A DNA stretch of 64,000 nucleotides from Bacteroidales bacterium. GTDB lineage: Bacteria; Bacteroidota; Bacteroidia; Bacteroidales; GCA-2748055. Every line of letters starts with the position of its first letter. The first letter of the stretch is position 1. The DNA lies in assembly GCA_021738565.1 (NCBI GenBank), contig JAIPBT010000002.1, positions 7,774 through 71,773 on the forward strand. The letters run 5' to 3'. The position numbers and the translations under genes were made by a program. Of this stretch, positions 48,716 to 57,626 are shown piece after piece. The notes below the pieces were generated by a model. That model worked only from the letters and a program-made list of their open reading frames with translations, was not told the DNA's origin and did not search any database.

Positions 48716-48746
48716 AAAAAAAGCAGATCCGTACCGATCTGCTTTT
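48716..48746 (-). terminator. intrinsic terminator downstream of the DUF2147 gene
   Basis: On the minus strand: GCAGATC-ggtacg-GATCTGC followed by T7 (plus-strand A-run 48716-48722). Lies about 50 nt after the stop at 48794. Confidence 0.7.
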
Positions 48747-48793
48747 ATGTTGCCGAAGCAACTATTGTGTTTAGGTGAAGTGATTTAGCTGTT

Positions 48794-49243
48794 CTATTTT
48801 TTTCTTTTCCAAATGGTTTCCCTTCCAAGAAATTTTATTCCAAGTACATATCCTTTCAAATACAGGACATCATAGTTCCCGTTTTCAAACCATGCATAGC
48901 AGGAATAGGTTTTGCCATTATCCGGATCATAGATGGTCCCGCTGTCCCACCTGTCCTTATTTGAATTGTATTCGAATGCCCGCAAAATTTTTAGTCCAAG
49001 TATGGGTTGATTTATTTTATCAGGATCCGGATTCTCATCGTCTACCTTGGGTTTTCCGAATTCATCATTGGGTTCCATGAGCCAGTTGATATGCCCGATG
49101 TATTTTCCATTGGTGTGTTTGGTGATCTCGACTGACGATGAATCATTTTCTGTGAACCATACTCCGGTTATCCTGTAAGCCTGGGCTGATATGAAAACAG
49201 GGATCAGTAAAAACAGGGCAACAATAAAAAGTACTTTTTTCAT
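48794..49243 (-). CDS. DUF2147 domain secreted protein
   Basis: 149 aa with a signal peptide. …GVWFTE…IEI…GKYIG…D.ENPDP…RPILGL…YDPDNGKTYSC… is the DUF2147 pattern. Confidence 0.7.
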   Translation of the reverse strand: MKKVLFIVALFLLIPVFISAQAYRITGVWFTENDSSSVEITKHTNGKYIGHINWLMEPNDEFGKPKVDDENPDPDKINQPILGLKILRAFEYNSNKDRWDSGTIYDPDNGKTYSCYAWFENGNYDVLYLKGYVLGIKFLGRETIWKRKK

Positions 49244-49458
49244 CTTGATAGTTTTTGGTTTGAAGTCGAAAATTAAGATTTTTTTTGATTATTACAACAT
49301 ATCGTGCTTTTATGCTGAATTTTAATCCTCCTTCGCGTTCCGCTACGGAGGACGCTTAGGAAGAGGTTTAATTCCTCGGAGTTCTACTTCGAAAATATGA
49401 GTTCATCCCGATATATCATCGGGATACTCTGAGGTTTAATACCATTTAATTTATTCAA

Positions 49459-49494
49459 ATATATATATTTATATAGTGATATAAATATATATAT
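49459..49494. repeat. 36-nt A/T-only perfect palindrome (16-bp stem, 4-nt loop)
   Basis: ATATATATATTTATAT-agtg-ATATAAATATATATAT. All 16 positions pair. It directly abuts the G+C-rich block. Confidence 0.85.
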
Positions 49495-49790
49495 GCCACA
49501 GGACAGGGGCCATGAGCCAGGGGGGGCAATTCGTCAGTGAGACGGTGCGACAGTGCGGTAATGAGCAGTCCCTCGATAGGCTCGGGAACCGGCGGGTTGG
49601 GGTGTGAGGAGGGAAGATCGAGCTTGTCGAGATCGGTTCCTAACAAAAAAGACCGGTTCCTGAGCGAAGAGGTGAGCTTCGCCGAACCTCGATCCGAAGG
49701 ACCTGGGATATAACCCACCCTTTTCCCATACGTAATAATGTACTCCGCCTAGCTGACAGCCGGGGGATTTAACTCATTAGAACAGGAAGT
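49495..49790. ncRNA. candidate unclassified structured RNA (G+C-rich ORF-free island)
   Basis: About 55-60% G+C by hand count, against ~10% in the 54 nt upstream. Stops occur in all frames. There are several mutually exclusive helices (see findings). Strand and ends are unknown. Confidence 0.25.
49645..49688 (-). terminator. terminator-like extended hairpin, about 200 nt downstream of the folA stop
   Basis: On the minus strand: GGTTC-g-GCGAAG-ctcacct-CTTCGC-tcag-GAACC, then GGTC, then T6. The 4-nt spacer before the T-run lowers confidence. Confidence 0.4.
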
Positions 49791-49886
49791 AAATTATTAC
49801 ATAAAATAAGCGTAATATATTAGACCGGCGCCATTAATATATACATTGAAGCACTTTGTTTCAGATCAGAGCGAAAATCATTTGTA

Positions 49887-50387
49887 TCAATGAATGCGTT
49901 TGTAGAAATGAAAAGTATGTGGAAAGTCGTTTTTTGCATCAGCATCCACGAATTCTGATTCAACTTCTTTCCAATGTGAGGGATCAATTTCAGGGAAGAA
50001 AGTATCGGCATCGAAAGTATGATGTACCCTTGTAAGGTATAATTTCCCGGCAATGGGCAGCAATTGACGATACACCATGCCACCTCCCATAACAAAGCAC
50101 TCTTCGCCAGTGCCTGCCAGTTCAAGGCCCTCTTCCAATGAATATGCCATTTCACAACCCTCAAATTTCTCATTTTCAATATTGGTGATCACGATGTTCC
50201 TCCTGTTGGGCAATGCTCCTTTGGGTAAAGACAGATAGGTATTCCTTCCCATCATTACAGCATGACCGGAAGTGATTTTTTTGAATCTTTTCAGGTCATC
50301 AGAAAGGTGCCAGAGCAGCTTATTGTCCTTTCCAATGGCATTGTTTTCAGCGATGGCTACGATGATGGAAATATTTTCTCTGATCAT
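49887..50387 (-). CDS. folA: dihydrofolate reductase
   Basis: 166 aa. …IVAIAENNAIGKDNKLLWHLSDDLKRFKKITSGHAVMMGRNTYLSL… is the DHFR signature. Lies 9 nt downstream of thyA. Confidence 0.92.
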   Translation of the reverse strand: MIRENISIIVAIAENNAIGKDNKLLWHLSDDLKRFKKITSGHAVMMGRNTYLSLPKGALPNRRNIVITNIENEKFEGCEMAYSLEEGLELAGTGEECFVMGGGMVYRQLLPIAGKLYLTRVHHTFDADTFFPEIDPSHWKEVESEFVDADAKNDFPHTFHFYKRIH

Positions 50388-50396
50388 ATTTTTTTA

Positions 50397-51191
50397 TTAA
50401 ACAGAAATTTTGCCTTTAATATGGGGATGCGGGTCGTAATTGACAAGTTCAAAATCTTCATATTCAAAATCAAATACTGACTTTCTTATATTTTTTATTT
50501 TCATCTGAGGCAATTCCCGTGGCTCCCTTTTAATCTGAAGTTTTACCTGCTCAATGTGATTAAGATAGATGTGTGCATCCCCGAGGGTATGTATGAACTC
50601 CCCGGGCTGGAGTCCGGTTGCCTGTGCGATTATCAAAATGAGAAGTGAATAGGAGGCAATATTGAAAGGAACACCAAGGAATATGTCTGCGCTCCGCTGG
50701 TATAGCTGGCAGGAGAGTTTTCCATCGGCAACATAGAACTGGAAAAGGATGTGGCATGGCGGAAGGGCCATTTTTTCAAGGTCCCCAACATTCCATGCAC
50801 TTACAACGTGCCTTCTGCTGCTGGGATTGTTCCTAATGGATGCAATAACATTGCTGATTTGGTCGATGTTCCTGTTATCGGCGGTTGTCCAGGAGCGCCA
50901 CTGGTAACCATATATTCTTCCGAGTTCTCCGGATGTATCGGCCCACTCGTTCCAGATACGGACACCATGTTCATTCAGGTACTTTGTATTTGTGTCTCCT
51001 TTCAGGAACCAGAGCAATTCATAAATGATCGATTTGAGGTGTAATTTTTTCGTGGTCAGTAACGGAAATCCTGCGGAAAGGTCAAACCTCATCTGGTGGC
51101 CAAAAATACTGATCGTTCCTGTTCCTGTGCGGTCTTCTTTGGTTGTGCCGTTCTCCAGCACGTGTTCAAGTAGATCAATATACTGCTTCAT
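50397..51191 (-). CDS. thyA: thymidylate synthase
   Basis: 264 aa. The catalytic Cys is in …[13 protein letters not shown]…, plus …[19 protein letters not shown]…. Confidence 0.96.
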   Translation of the reverse strand: MKQYIDLLEHVLENGTTKEDRTGTGTISIFGHQMRFDLSAGFPLLTTKKLHLKSIIYELLWFLKGDTNTKYLNEHGVRIWNEWADTSGELGRIYGYQWRSWTTADNRNIDQISNVIASIRNNPSSRRHVVSAWNVGDLEKMALPPCHILFQFYVADGKLSCQLYQRSADIFLGVPFNIASYSLLILIIAQATGLQPGEFIHTLGDAHIYLNHIEQVKLQIKREPRELPQMKIKNIRKSVFDFEYEDFELVNYDPHPHIKGKISV

Positions 51192-51362
51192 TGCAAATCC
51201 TCTGTTTCAACGGGGTAAAAATACTATTTCACAAGGGATAATGAAAGGCCTTTTTATAAACATGATAATAACATCTTAAAAACTATTTCAAACAGACAAT
51301 ATTTTTTGTATAACTTTAACCTGACCTTTAATGAAGTTGCTCTCAGCCACTTTTGATCATAT

Positions 51363-52244
51363 ATGATAGCGCAGATATTTTATACCATTATTTTCATGTT
51401 CATCCTGTCGTTTGTTTCACTGGCACAGGAATCAATTTCAGCTGACGTGAAGGAAGGGTGTGACAGTCTTGAAGTAAATTTCAACCTTGAAAATGCTTAT
51501 GATCCTTCGGTATACAGTTCCGTGGAATGGAAATTCGGTGATGGAAATTCGGCTGTTGATCTTCTTGAGGTTGCACATTATTATACAACACCGGGTGTTT
51601 ACGATTCGGTGATCTGCATACTGGATGGTTTGAGGATCATCGAGTTCAATGACACAATTTTTCTTGGCAGGACACCTTTTGCGGATTTTGTGTATGGGAA
51701 CACATCTGAAAATGAAAATCAGGTCCGGTATATTTTTGAATCCAGAAATTTCGTGCCTGTTGAGGGGATAGATTTGACATATAGCTGGAATTTTATTGAG
51801 GTTAATAGTGGTTTACTGTTATCAAGGTCGAGTATGACAGGATCACGTGTGATTTACGACCTTCAGGATCCCGATGCCGACACCCTGGAAATAAAATTAT
51901 CGCTGACCGATGTGGTCGGTTGCAGCGCCGATACAACACGTATAATTGAGGTCATAACGAATATCCGGCCCGATTCTCTGGCCCTGAGCGTGCCCAATGC
52001 TTTCAGTCCGAATTATGATGGGATCAACGACAATTTCAGGGTGATCACATTGGGCGAGGATACCTATCTGTTTTCAGTTTTTTCAACGGAAGGGATGCAG
52101 GTTTTTCGTTCTGAATCGCCTGTAATTGTGTGGAATGGAAGGACGTATGACGGATCTGAAGCAAGGGAAGGGGTCTATTTTTACGTTATAGAAAGCAGGA
52201 ATACAGGGAAATCTAAAAAAGGATTCATCTACCTTTTCAGGTAG
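51363..52244 (+). CDS. small T9SS cargo: PKD-like domains + type-B C-terminal sorting domain
   Basis: 293 aa with a signal peptide. PKD-like unit (…VEWKFGDGNSA…AHYYTTPGVYDSV…). The C-terminus (…VPNAFSPNYDGINDNFRV…VWNGRTYDG…REGVYFYVIE…) matches the type-B CTD. Confidence 0.8.
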   Translation: MIAQIFYTIIFMFILSFVSLAQESISADVKEGCDSLEVNFNLENAYDPSVYSSVEWKFGDGNSAVDLLEVAHYYTTPGVYDSVICILDGLRIIEFNDTIFLGRTPFADFVYGNTSENENQVRYIFESRNFVPVEGIDLTYSWNFIEVNSGLLLSRSSMTGSRVIYDLQDPDADTLEIKLSLTDVVGCSADTTRIIEVITNIRPDSLALSVPNAFSPNYDGINDNFRVITLGEDTYLFSVFSTEGMQVFRSESPVIVWNGRTYDGSEAREGVYFYVIESRNTGKSKKGFIYLFR

Positions 52245-53166
52245 AGGGCCTCTCTTTACTGATTTTTTTTATTCCCCATCCAAAGAGTGCGGTTGAAAAG
52301 AAAGTGAACGATCCATACACAACTGCAACAAGGGCCATTTGCCTGCTGCCCAAAAGTGTGCTGGCCACAAAGATAGCCAGCGCTGAATTCTGTAACCCAA
52401 CTTCAATCGCAATGGTATAACGCTCTCTTCTTTTCAGTTTTGAGAGATAGGCGATCTGCCACCCCAGGAACATGGATGATGCATTTAGCAATAATGCAAC
52501 AGGAATCAGGTTTATGAAATCCATGCGCGTGGTGGTTTTATCCCCTTCATCGATGAACAATACACCAAGGTAAACCACAAGGAGAATAAGCGGAAGTATT
52601 ACTTTAAGCGGACGGTTCAATTGATCAGCAAATTTGCTTTTATGGTGCCTTATTGTAACCCCGATATAAGCCGGAACAATGGTCAGTAGAAATACTTTCA
52701 GGATGGTATCCCACACATCCAGGTGGATCTCAGCATCCTGGTGAAGGAAGACAAACAGTGCCAGGCTAACGTTTAAAGGAATACTCACCAGCGTAATGAG
52801 GCTGTTCATGGCCGTCATGGATATCGACAGGGCAACGTTCCCGCTGAGCAGGTAGGTGACCAGGTTGGATGTCGCTCCACCAGGACAGGCCGCAATAATG
52901 ATCAGTCCAACTTTCAGATAAGGGTTAATGCCGGTAAGCAGTGCAATACTGAATGCAATCAGTGGCAAAAGCAATATCTGGCAGCAAATACCTATGACAA
53001 TGGCCCTCGGTTTCAGGAACACATTCTTGAAGTCCTGGTGTGTTATAGATAAACCCATCCCCAGCGTTATCACCGCCAGTGTAACAGGAAGGAAATATGA
53101 AGAGAATAGATTGGCCATAACTGGTTTTATTTCGGCCATGCAATTTAGAAAAAGATTGTTAAACAA
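52237..53166 (-). CDS. bile acid:sodium symporter (BASS) family transporter
   Basis: 309 aa with ~9-10 TM helices. …IIIAACPGGATSNLVTYLLSGNVALSISMT… is typical of SBF/BASS. The start is uncertain (alternative Met 9 or 16 codons in). Confidence 0.75.
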   Translation of the reverse strand: MFNNLFLNCMAEIKPVMANLFSSYFLPVTLAVITLGMGLSITHQDFKNVFLKPRAIVIGICCQILLLPLIAFSIALLTGINPYLKVGLIIIAACPGGATSNLVTYLLSGNVALSISMTAMNSLITLVSIPLNVSLALFVFLHQDAEIHLDVWDTILKVFLLTIVPAYIGVTIRHHKSKFADQLNRPLKVILPLILLVVYLGVLFIDEGDKTTTRMDFINLIPVALLLNASSMFLGWQIAYLSKLKRRERYTIAIEVGLQNSALAIFVASTLLGSRQMALVAVVYGSFTFFSTALFGWGIKKISKERPST

Positions 53167-53411
53167 CCATTACCAAAGATGTTGGTGCGATCAGCAAATA
53201 TTAACTTTCTTAGAATTAATCCAATTAACAATAGAATAACAATTCAAACATTGTATTAAAATATTACATGGAGGTTGACTATATTCAGCATTAACTTTAA
53301 ATTAGCTTTTTGCTGATTGTCGTTGTTGTAATTCGATCTGATTGGTTAAGCATATTAAAGTATTGAAATTCAATAAGATATTAAAATATATTTAATCTAA
53401 CCCTAATATAC

Positions 53412-54605
53412 ATGATAAAGAGCTGTCAGCAACATGGGTTTCCCGGCAGGGGAACAACTATTTTACCATGTATTCAAAAATCCGGAAACCGCATTCTGAT
53501 TTTCATCCTGTTCTTCTTTTTTATGCTTCCCGTCAATATTGTCATTGCTGCCGATGAGTCCGGTGGAGATAATGAAAATCATTACTCTCCCGGATTGAAG
53601 CGCGGTGAGCGTTTGTTTTACGGACTTATTGAGGGAAAGTTTCAAGGCAATGCATGTGGTGATTGTCACAACACCATGGAGATAGACACCTTTAACTGGA
53701 ACCCCAATGCCTGGGAAATTGCCCACAAATACAAAGACAGAAGTGTTGAGGAGTTTCAAAAGGCGGTTTTGAACCCAACAGGAAGGACCATGTCGGTTAC
53801 GCACACCTCCTTTAACCTGAATGAAGCTGAGGTTGAACTGATCAAGAAATACCTAGATCACTTTGAAGAACAGGGACTTACCAAGCAAAAACCCATCATC
53901 AACAAGATCCTTCTTTTTCTTTTACTGGGAGCTTTACTTACCTGGATCGTATTGGAGGTACTGTTCCTGAAAAAGGTCAGGCGGAAGTGGATCCTGGGTG
54001 TTCTTTTCATTGGAGCACTGGGCTGGCAGATTCAGTTGCTGCTTGATGCAGGGATTGCACTTGGCAGACAGGAGAATTATGAGCCCGATCAGCCCATCAA
54101 ATTCTCGCATTGGGTGCATGTTACAGATAATCATATTGATTGTAATTATTGTCACCACACCGTTGAACACAGCAAGTCAGCCGGCATTCCTGAAACGGAA
54201 CTTTGTATGAATTGTCACATCATCGTGAGAGAAGGAACCTATTCCGGCCGGCATGAAATCAACAAATTGGTCAACGCATATGAAAATGGAGATCCCATCG
54301 AGTGGATCAGGATCCATAATTTGCAGGATCATGTATTCTTCAGTCATGCCCAACATGTTGCAGTGGGGAAAATAGAGTGCCGGACCTGTCATGGCCCCAT
54401 CGAAAATATGCATCGCGTTAAACAGGTTACTGATCTTTCCATGGGATGGTGTATTAACTGCCACCGGGACACAGAGGTGCAATTTTTTGAAAATGATTTT
54501 TATGATAAATATGAAGCACTGCACAGGGCAGTTAAGGCTGGAGAAATTGAAAGGGTGACCGCCGAACAGGTGGGCGGTACGGAATGCTCTAAGTGCCATT
54601 ATTAA
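53412..54605 (+). CDS. actA: alternative complex III subunit ActA (multihaem cytochrome c)
   Basis: 397 aa. Membrane anchor and six CxxCH motifs (CGDCH, CNYCH, CMNCH, CRTCH, CINCH, CSKCH). First gene of a six-gene act-type cluster. Confidence 0.85.
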   Translation: MIKSCQQHGFPGRGTTILPCIQKSGNRILIFILFFFFMLPVNIVIAADESGGDNENHYSPGLKRGERLFYGLIEGKFQGNACGDCHNTMEIDTFNWNPNAWEIAHKYKDRSVEEFQKAVLNPTGRTMSVTHTSFNLNEAEVELIKKYLDHFEEQGLTKQKPIINKILLFLLLGALLTWIVLEVLFLKKVRRKWILGVLFIGALGWQIQLLLDAGIALGRQENYEPDQPIKFSHWVHVTDNHIDCNYCHHTVEHSKSAGIPETELCMNCHIIVREGTYSGRHEINKLVNAYENGDPIEWIRIHNLQDHVFFSHAQHVAVGKIECRTCHGPIENMHRVKQVTDLSMGWCINCHRDTEVQFFENDFYDKYEALHRAVKAGEIERVTAEQVGGTECSKCHY

Positions 54606-54625
54606 TTTTTGCAAACAACTCACAA

Positions 54626-57607
54626 ATGGAAAAATACTGGAGAAGTCTGGATGAATACAAAAACGGTCCTGATCAAAGGACAGAGAAGGTTGCAGAGGAA
54701 GAGCAGAAGAATCTTGTTCTTGATCTTGCCAGCGATAAAGTGGCAGGGGCCAAAGCATCCAGGAGGGATTTCTTAAAACTTGTTGGTTTTAGTTTTGCCA
54801 CTGCTGCAATTACAAGCAGTTGTGAGAAGCCGGTTCAGAAAGCCATTCCTTACCTTATCAAACCGGAGGAAGTTACTCCCGGCAAAGCAAGTTATTATGC
54901 CACAAGCTTCTTTGATGGAAATGAATACTGCTCCGTGGTTGCAAAGGTCAGGGATGGCAGGCCCATTAAGATTGAGGCCAATGAACTTTCACCGGTGTCA
55001 GGCGGGGGTACATCTGCAAGGGTCCAGGCTTCGGTACTTGAATTGTACGACCAGGCAAGACTGAGAGCGCCCGGTAAAGGAAGGAACAAATCTTCATGGG
55101 AGGAGATTGACACACTGGTAAAGGAGCAATTGAGGGCTTCCTCTTCAGGCAGAAAGGTGCTTTTATCATCAACAATCATTAGTCCAACCACCAAAAAGAT
55201 CATCAGGGAATTGCAGGACAAGTATCCGGATCTTGAATGGATCGTATATGATGAGGTTTCAGTGGAATTTATAAGAATGGCTCATGAAAAGATCTTTGGT
55301 AAAGCAGTGATCCCCGGCTATCATTTCGATAAGGCAGATTATGTTGTTTCCTTTGATGCCGATTTTCTCGGCACCTGGCTGGCCCCTGTTGAATTCGCTT
55401 CAGGTTATGCAAAGAAGAGGGATGTGAGCAAAGATCACCCGGAAATGTCGAAGCACATACAATTCGAGTCGGGTTATTCTGTTACCGGCTCAAATGCTGA
55501 TGAGCGATTTCCGGTGTCTCCGGCAAGATCAAAGGCCATCCTGGTGAAACTGTATAATGCAGTTGCCCTTAGAACCGGTGCTGCCGGACTCAGCGGGACT
55601 GCATGTGATTTCGATGTGAACGCTGTTGCGGAAGGGTTGCTGGAAAACCAGGGCAGCTCAATTGTAATAAGCGGAACCAATGATCCGGACATTCAGATGA
55701 TGGTTGCCGGTATCAACGTTATGCTGGGCAATTATGGAAGCACACTGGACCTCTTCCGGACCCTTAATATAAAACAAGGGAACGACCGGGACTTTCTGGA
55801 ATTGAAAAAATCCCTGAAGGAGAAGGATGTAAGCCTGCTTATTATGAGCAATGTCAATCCGGTTTTCAGTGATCCGCAGGGGGCAGAGATAGGTGAGGCA
55901 ATCGGTAGCAATGGACTGAGTGTTTATATTGGCAGTTCTTACAGCGAGACTGCAAAACAATGTCAATACGTGGCACCCGATCATCATTACCTTGAATCAT
56001 GGGGTGATGCAGAACCAGTCAGGGGCACTTTCAGTCTTCAGCAACCCACCATCAATCCCCTCTATGATACGAGGTCTTTCCAGGATTCTCTTTTGCGATG
56101 GACTGGTTCGGATCAAACATATTATGAAGAGATTAGAAAATACTGGAAAAGTGCCCTTTACCCGTTATCCGGAAGTACCGGCCGTTTTGAAGATTGGTGG
56201 AACGAACAACTACAGAAAGGAGTTTTCATGGTAAATGGCAACCCTGTTTCATACAAGGATCCGAATCTTTCAATGATCGGTCCCGGAAACATCCCAAAAG
56301 AGGAAGGCATGTCACTGACATTGTACACTTCTGTTGGTATCCTGGACGGCAGGCATGCCAATAATCCCTGGCTCCAGGAGCTGCCGGATCCTGTTACCAA
56401 AGCTTGCTGGGACAATTACCTGGCAATCTCAGTTGCGGATGCAGGGGAATTGGAACTTGCCGATGAGGATGTGGTTGAGGTGAACGGGCTAAGGGTCCCG
56501 GTTCTGATACAACCAGGTCAGGCAAAGGGAACGTGCTCACTGGCACTCGGGTATGGCAGGACCGTGGCAGGAAAGGTTGGGGACAACGTGGGGGTCAATG
56601 CTTATGGACTGGTAACTGCAGAGGGCGGATTCAGAAGATACACAGTGCAGGGCATTACCATCGGAAAAACTGGAAAAACCTATGAGCTGGCCAGGACGCA
56701 GACACACCACAGCATGGAAGACCGGCCGATCGTAAGGGAAACAACGCTTGATGCATACAGGAGGGATCCCAATTCCGGAAACCAATTTCACCTGGATGCA
56801 GAATCACACCATGATTCACTGTACCCGGAGACAGAATTCGATGGCTACCACTGGGGACTGGCCATCGATCTCAACAAGTGTGTGGGTTGTAACAATTGTG
56901 TTGTTTCATGTATTGCAGAGAATAATATTGCCACTGTTGGAAAGGAGGAGGTGAAGAAACACCGCATCATGCACTGGCTCAGAATAGACAGGTATTACAG
57001 TGAAGATGTCAATAACCCGAAAACCTATCTTCAGCCGGTGATGTGTCAGCATTGTGACAATGCCCCCTGTGAAAATGTCTGTCCTGTTGCTGCAACCATG
57101 CACAGCAATGAAGGACTGAACCAAGTTGCATATGCACGTTGTATCGGCACCAAGTATTGTATCAACAACTGCCCCTACAGGGTGAGGCGCTTCAATTGGT
57201 TCAAGTATGTCAACAACGATGAATTCAATTTCCACCTGAACGAGGAAACATCAAAACTTGTTCTTAATCCTGATGTGACGGTCAGAAGCAGGGGAGTGGT
57301 TGAAAAATGTTCGTTCTGTGTGCAGCGTATTCAGGAAAAGAAACTGGAAGCAAAACTTGAGGAACGGTCACTTGAAGATGGTGAAATCCAGCCTGCATGT
57401 GTGCAATCCTGTCCGACCGGGGCACTGGTATTCGGTGATCTAAACAACAAGGAATCACAGGTTGCAGAATTGAAGGAGAATGAGAGGAATTACCACCTCC
57501 TGGAGCAGCTGCATACGCTTCCTTCGGTCGGTTACCTTACTAAGGTACGCAATGCTGAGGGTGGTGATGATGAATACCATGATCACCATACAATTGATCA
57601 TAGTTAA
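54626..57607 (+). CDS. actB: alternative complex III subunit ActB (molybdopterin-oxidoreductase-like + FeS)
   Basis: Start moved to the ATG at 54626 (MEKYWRSLDEY…). Twin-arginine-type signal SRRDFLKLVGF. A large MopB-like domain is followed by 4Fe-4S motifs (CVGCNNCVVSC, CQHCDNAPCENVCP, CIGTKYCINNCP, CSFCVQR…CVQSCP). Confidence 0.9.
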   Translation: MEKYWRSLDEYKNGPDQRTEKVAEEEQKNLVLDLASDKVAGAKASRRDFLKLVGFSFATAAITSSCEKPVQKAIPYLIKPEEVTPGKASYYATSFFDGNEYCSVVAKVRDGRPIKIEANELSPVSGGGTSARVQASVLELYDQARLRAPGKGRNKSSWEEIDTLVKEQLRASSSGRKVLLSSTIISPTTKKIIRELQDKYPDLEWIVYDEVSVEFIRMAHEKIFGKAVIPGYHFDKADYVVSFDADFLGTWLAPVEFASGYAKKRDVSKDHPEMSKHIQFESGYSVTGSNADERFPVSPARSKAILVKLYNAVALRTGAAGLSGTACDFDVNAVAEGLLENQGSSIVISGTNDPDIQMMVAGINVMLGNYGSTLDLFRTLNIKQGNDRDFLELKKSLKEKDVSLLIMSNVNPVFSDPQGAEIGEAIGSNGLSVYIGSSYSETAKQCQYVAPDHHYLESWGDAEPVRGTFSLQQPTINPLYDTRSFQDSLLRWTGSDQTYYEEIRKYWKSALYPLSGSTGRFEDWWNEQLQKGVFMVNGNPVSYKDPNLSMIGPGNIPKEEGMSLTLYTSVGILDGRHANNPWLQELPDPVTKACWDNYLAISVADAGELELADEDVVEVNGLRVPVLIQPGQAKGTCSLALGYGRTVAGKVGDNVGVNAYGLVTAEGGFRRYTVQGITIGKTGKTYELARTQTHHSMEDRPIVRETTLDAYRRDPNSGNQFHLDAESHHDSLYPETEFDGYHWGLAIDLNKCVGCNNCVVSCIAENNIATVGKEEVKKHRIMHWLRIDRYYSEDVNNPKTYLQPVMCQHCDNAPCENVCPVAATMHSNEGLNQVAYARCIGTKYCINNCPYRVRRFNWFKYVNNDEFNFHLNEETSKLVLNPDVTVRSRGVVEKCSFCVQRIQEKKLEAKLEERSLEDGEIQPACVQSCPTGALVFGDLNNKESQVAELKENERNYHLLEQLHTLPSVGYLTKVRNAEGGDDEYHDHHTIDHS

Positions 57608-57626
57608 TTAAGTAAAACATTATATA

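Noticed and set aside
49591-49616. G-rich tract GGCGGGTTGGGGTGTGAGGAGGGAAG as a G-quadruplex
   Set aside because: It has only three runs of three or more Gs plus one GG. It is marginal for a stable G4 and there is no supporting context.
49632-49661. Direct repeat ATCGGTTCCT / ACCGGTTCCT as a possible CRISPR or tandem array
   Set aside because: There are only two 10-nt copies 20 nt apart, with no further periodicity and no cas genes. They are better explained as alternative pairing partners within an RNA structure.
49455-49718. 87-aa minus-strand ORF inside the G+C-rich island
   Set aside because: It has Pro/Leu/Ser-rich low-complexity composition. Its C-terminus (…YIYLYHYINIYI) is only the translation of the A/T palindrome. 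It has no sensible start context and no similarity to anything I recognise, so I treat it as an artefact of G+C-rich non-coding DNA.
49495-49790. Known RNA families: RNase P RNA (GTGCGGTAATGAGCAG resembles GGUGCGGUAAGAGCGCACC; GACAGCCGGGGGATTT vaguely resembles the ACAGAACCCGGCUUA region), TPP riboswitch (CTGAGC … ACCTGGGATATAACCCA) and SRP RNA (CCAGGTCCTTCGG on the minus strand)
   Set aside because: RNase P: there is no GGAAAGTCCGG element and no partner for the putative P4 3' strand. TPP: CUGAGA and the GAUCUGG-type pyrophosphate helix are not intact, and no plus-strand gene lies downstream. SRP: the GGAAGCAGC motif and the GGAA tetraloop context are absent. The resemblances are short and probably chance, and only a cmscan can settle it.
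53362-53374. Palindrome ATTGAAATTCAAT upstream of actA as an FNR/CRP-type box
   Set aside because: The half-site spacing (TTGAA-N1-TTCAA) does not match the TTGAT-N4-ATCAA architecture, and the region is generally A/T-rich, so a chance palindrome is likely.
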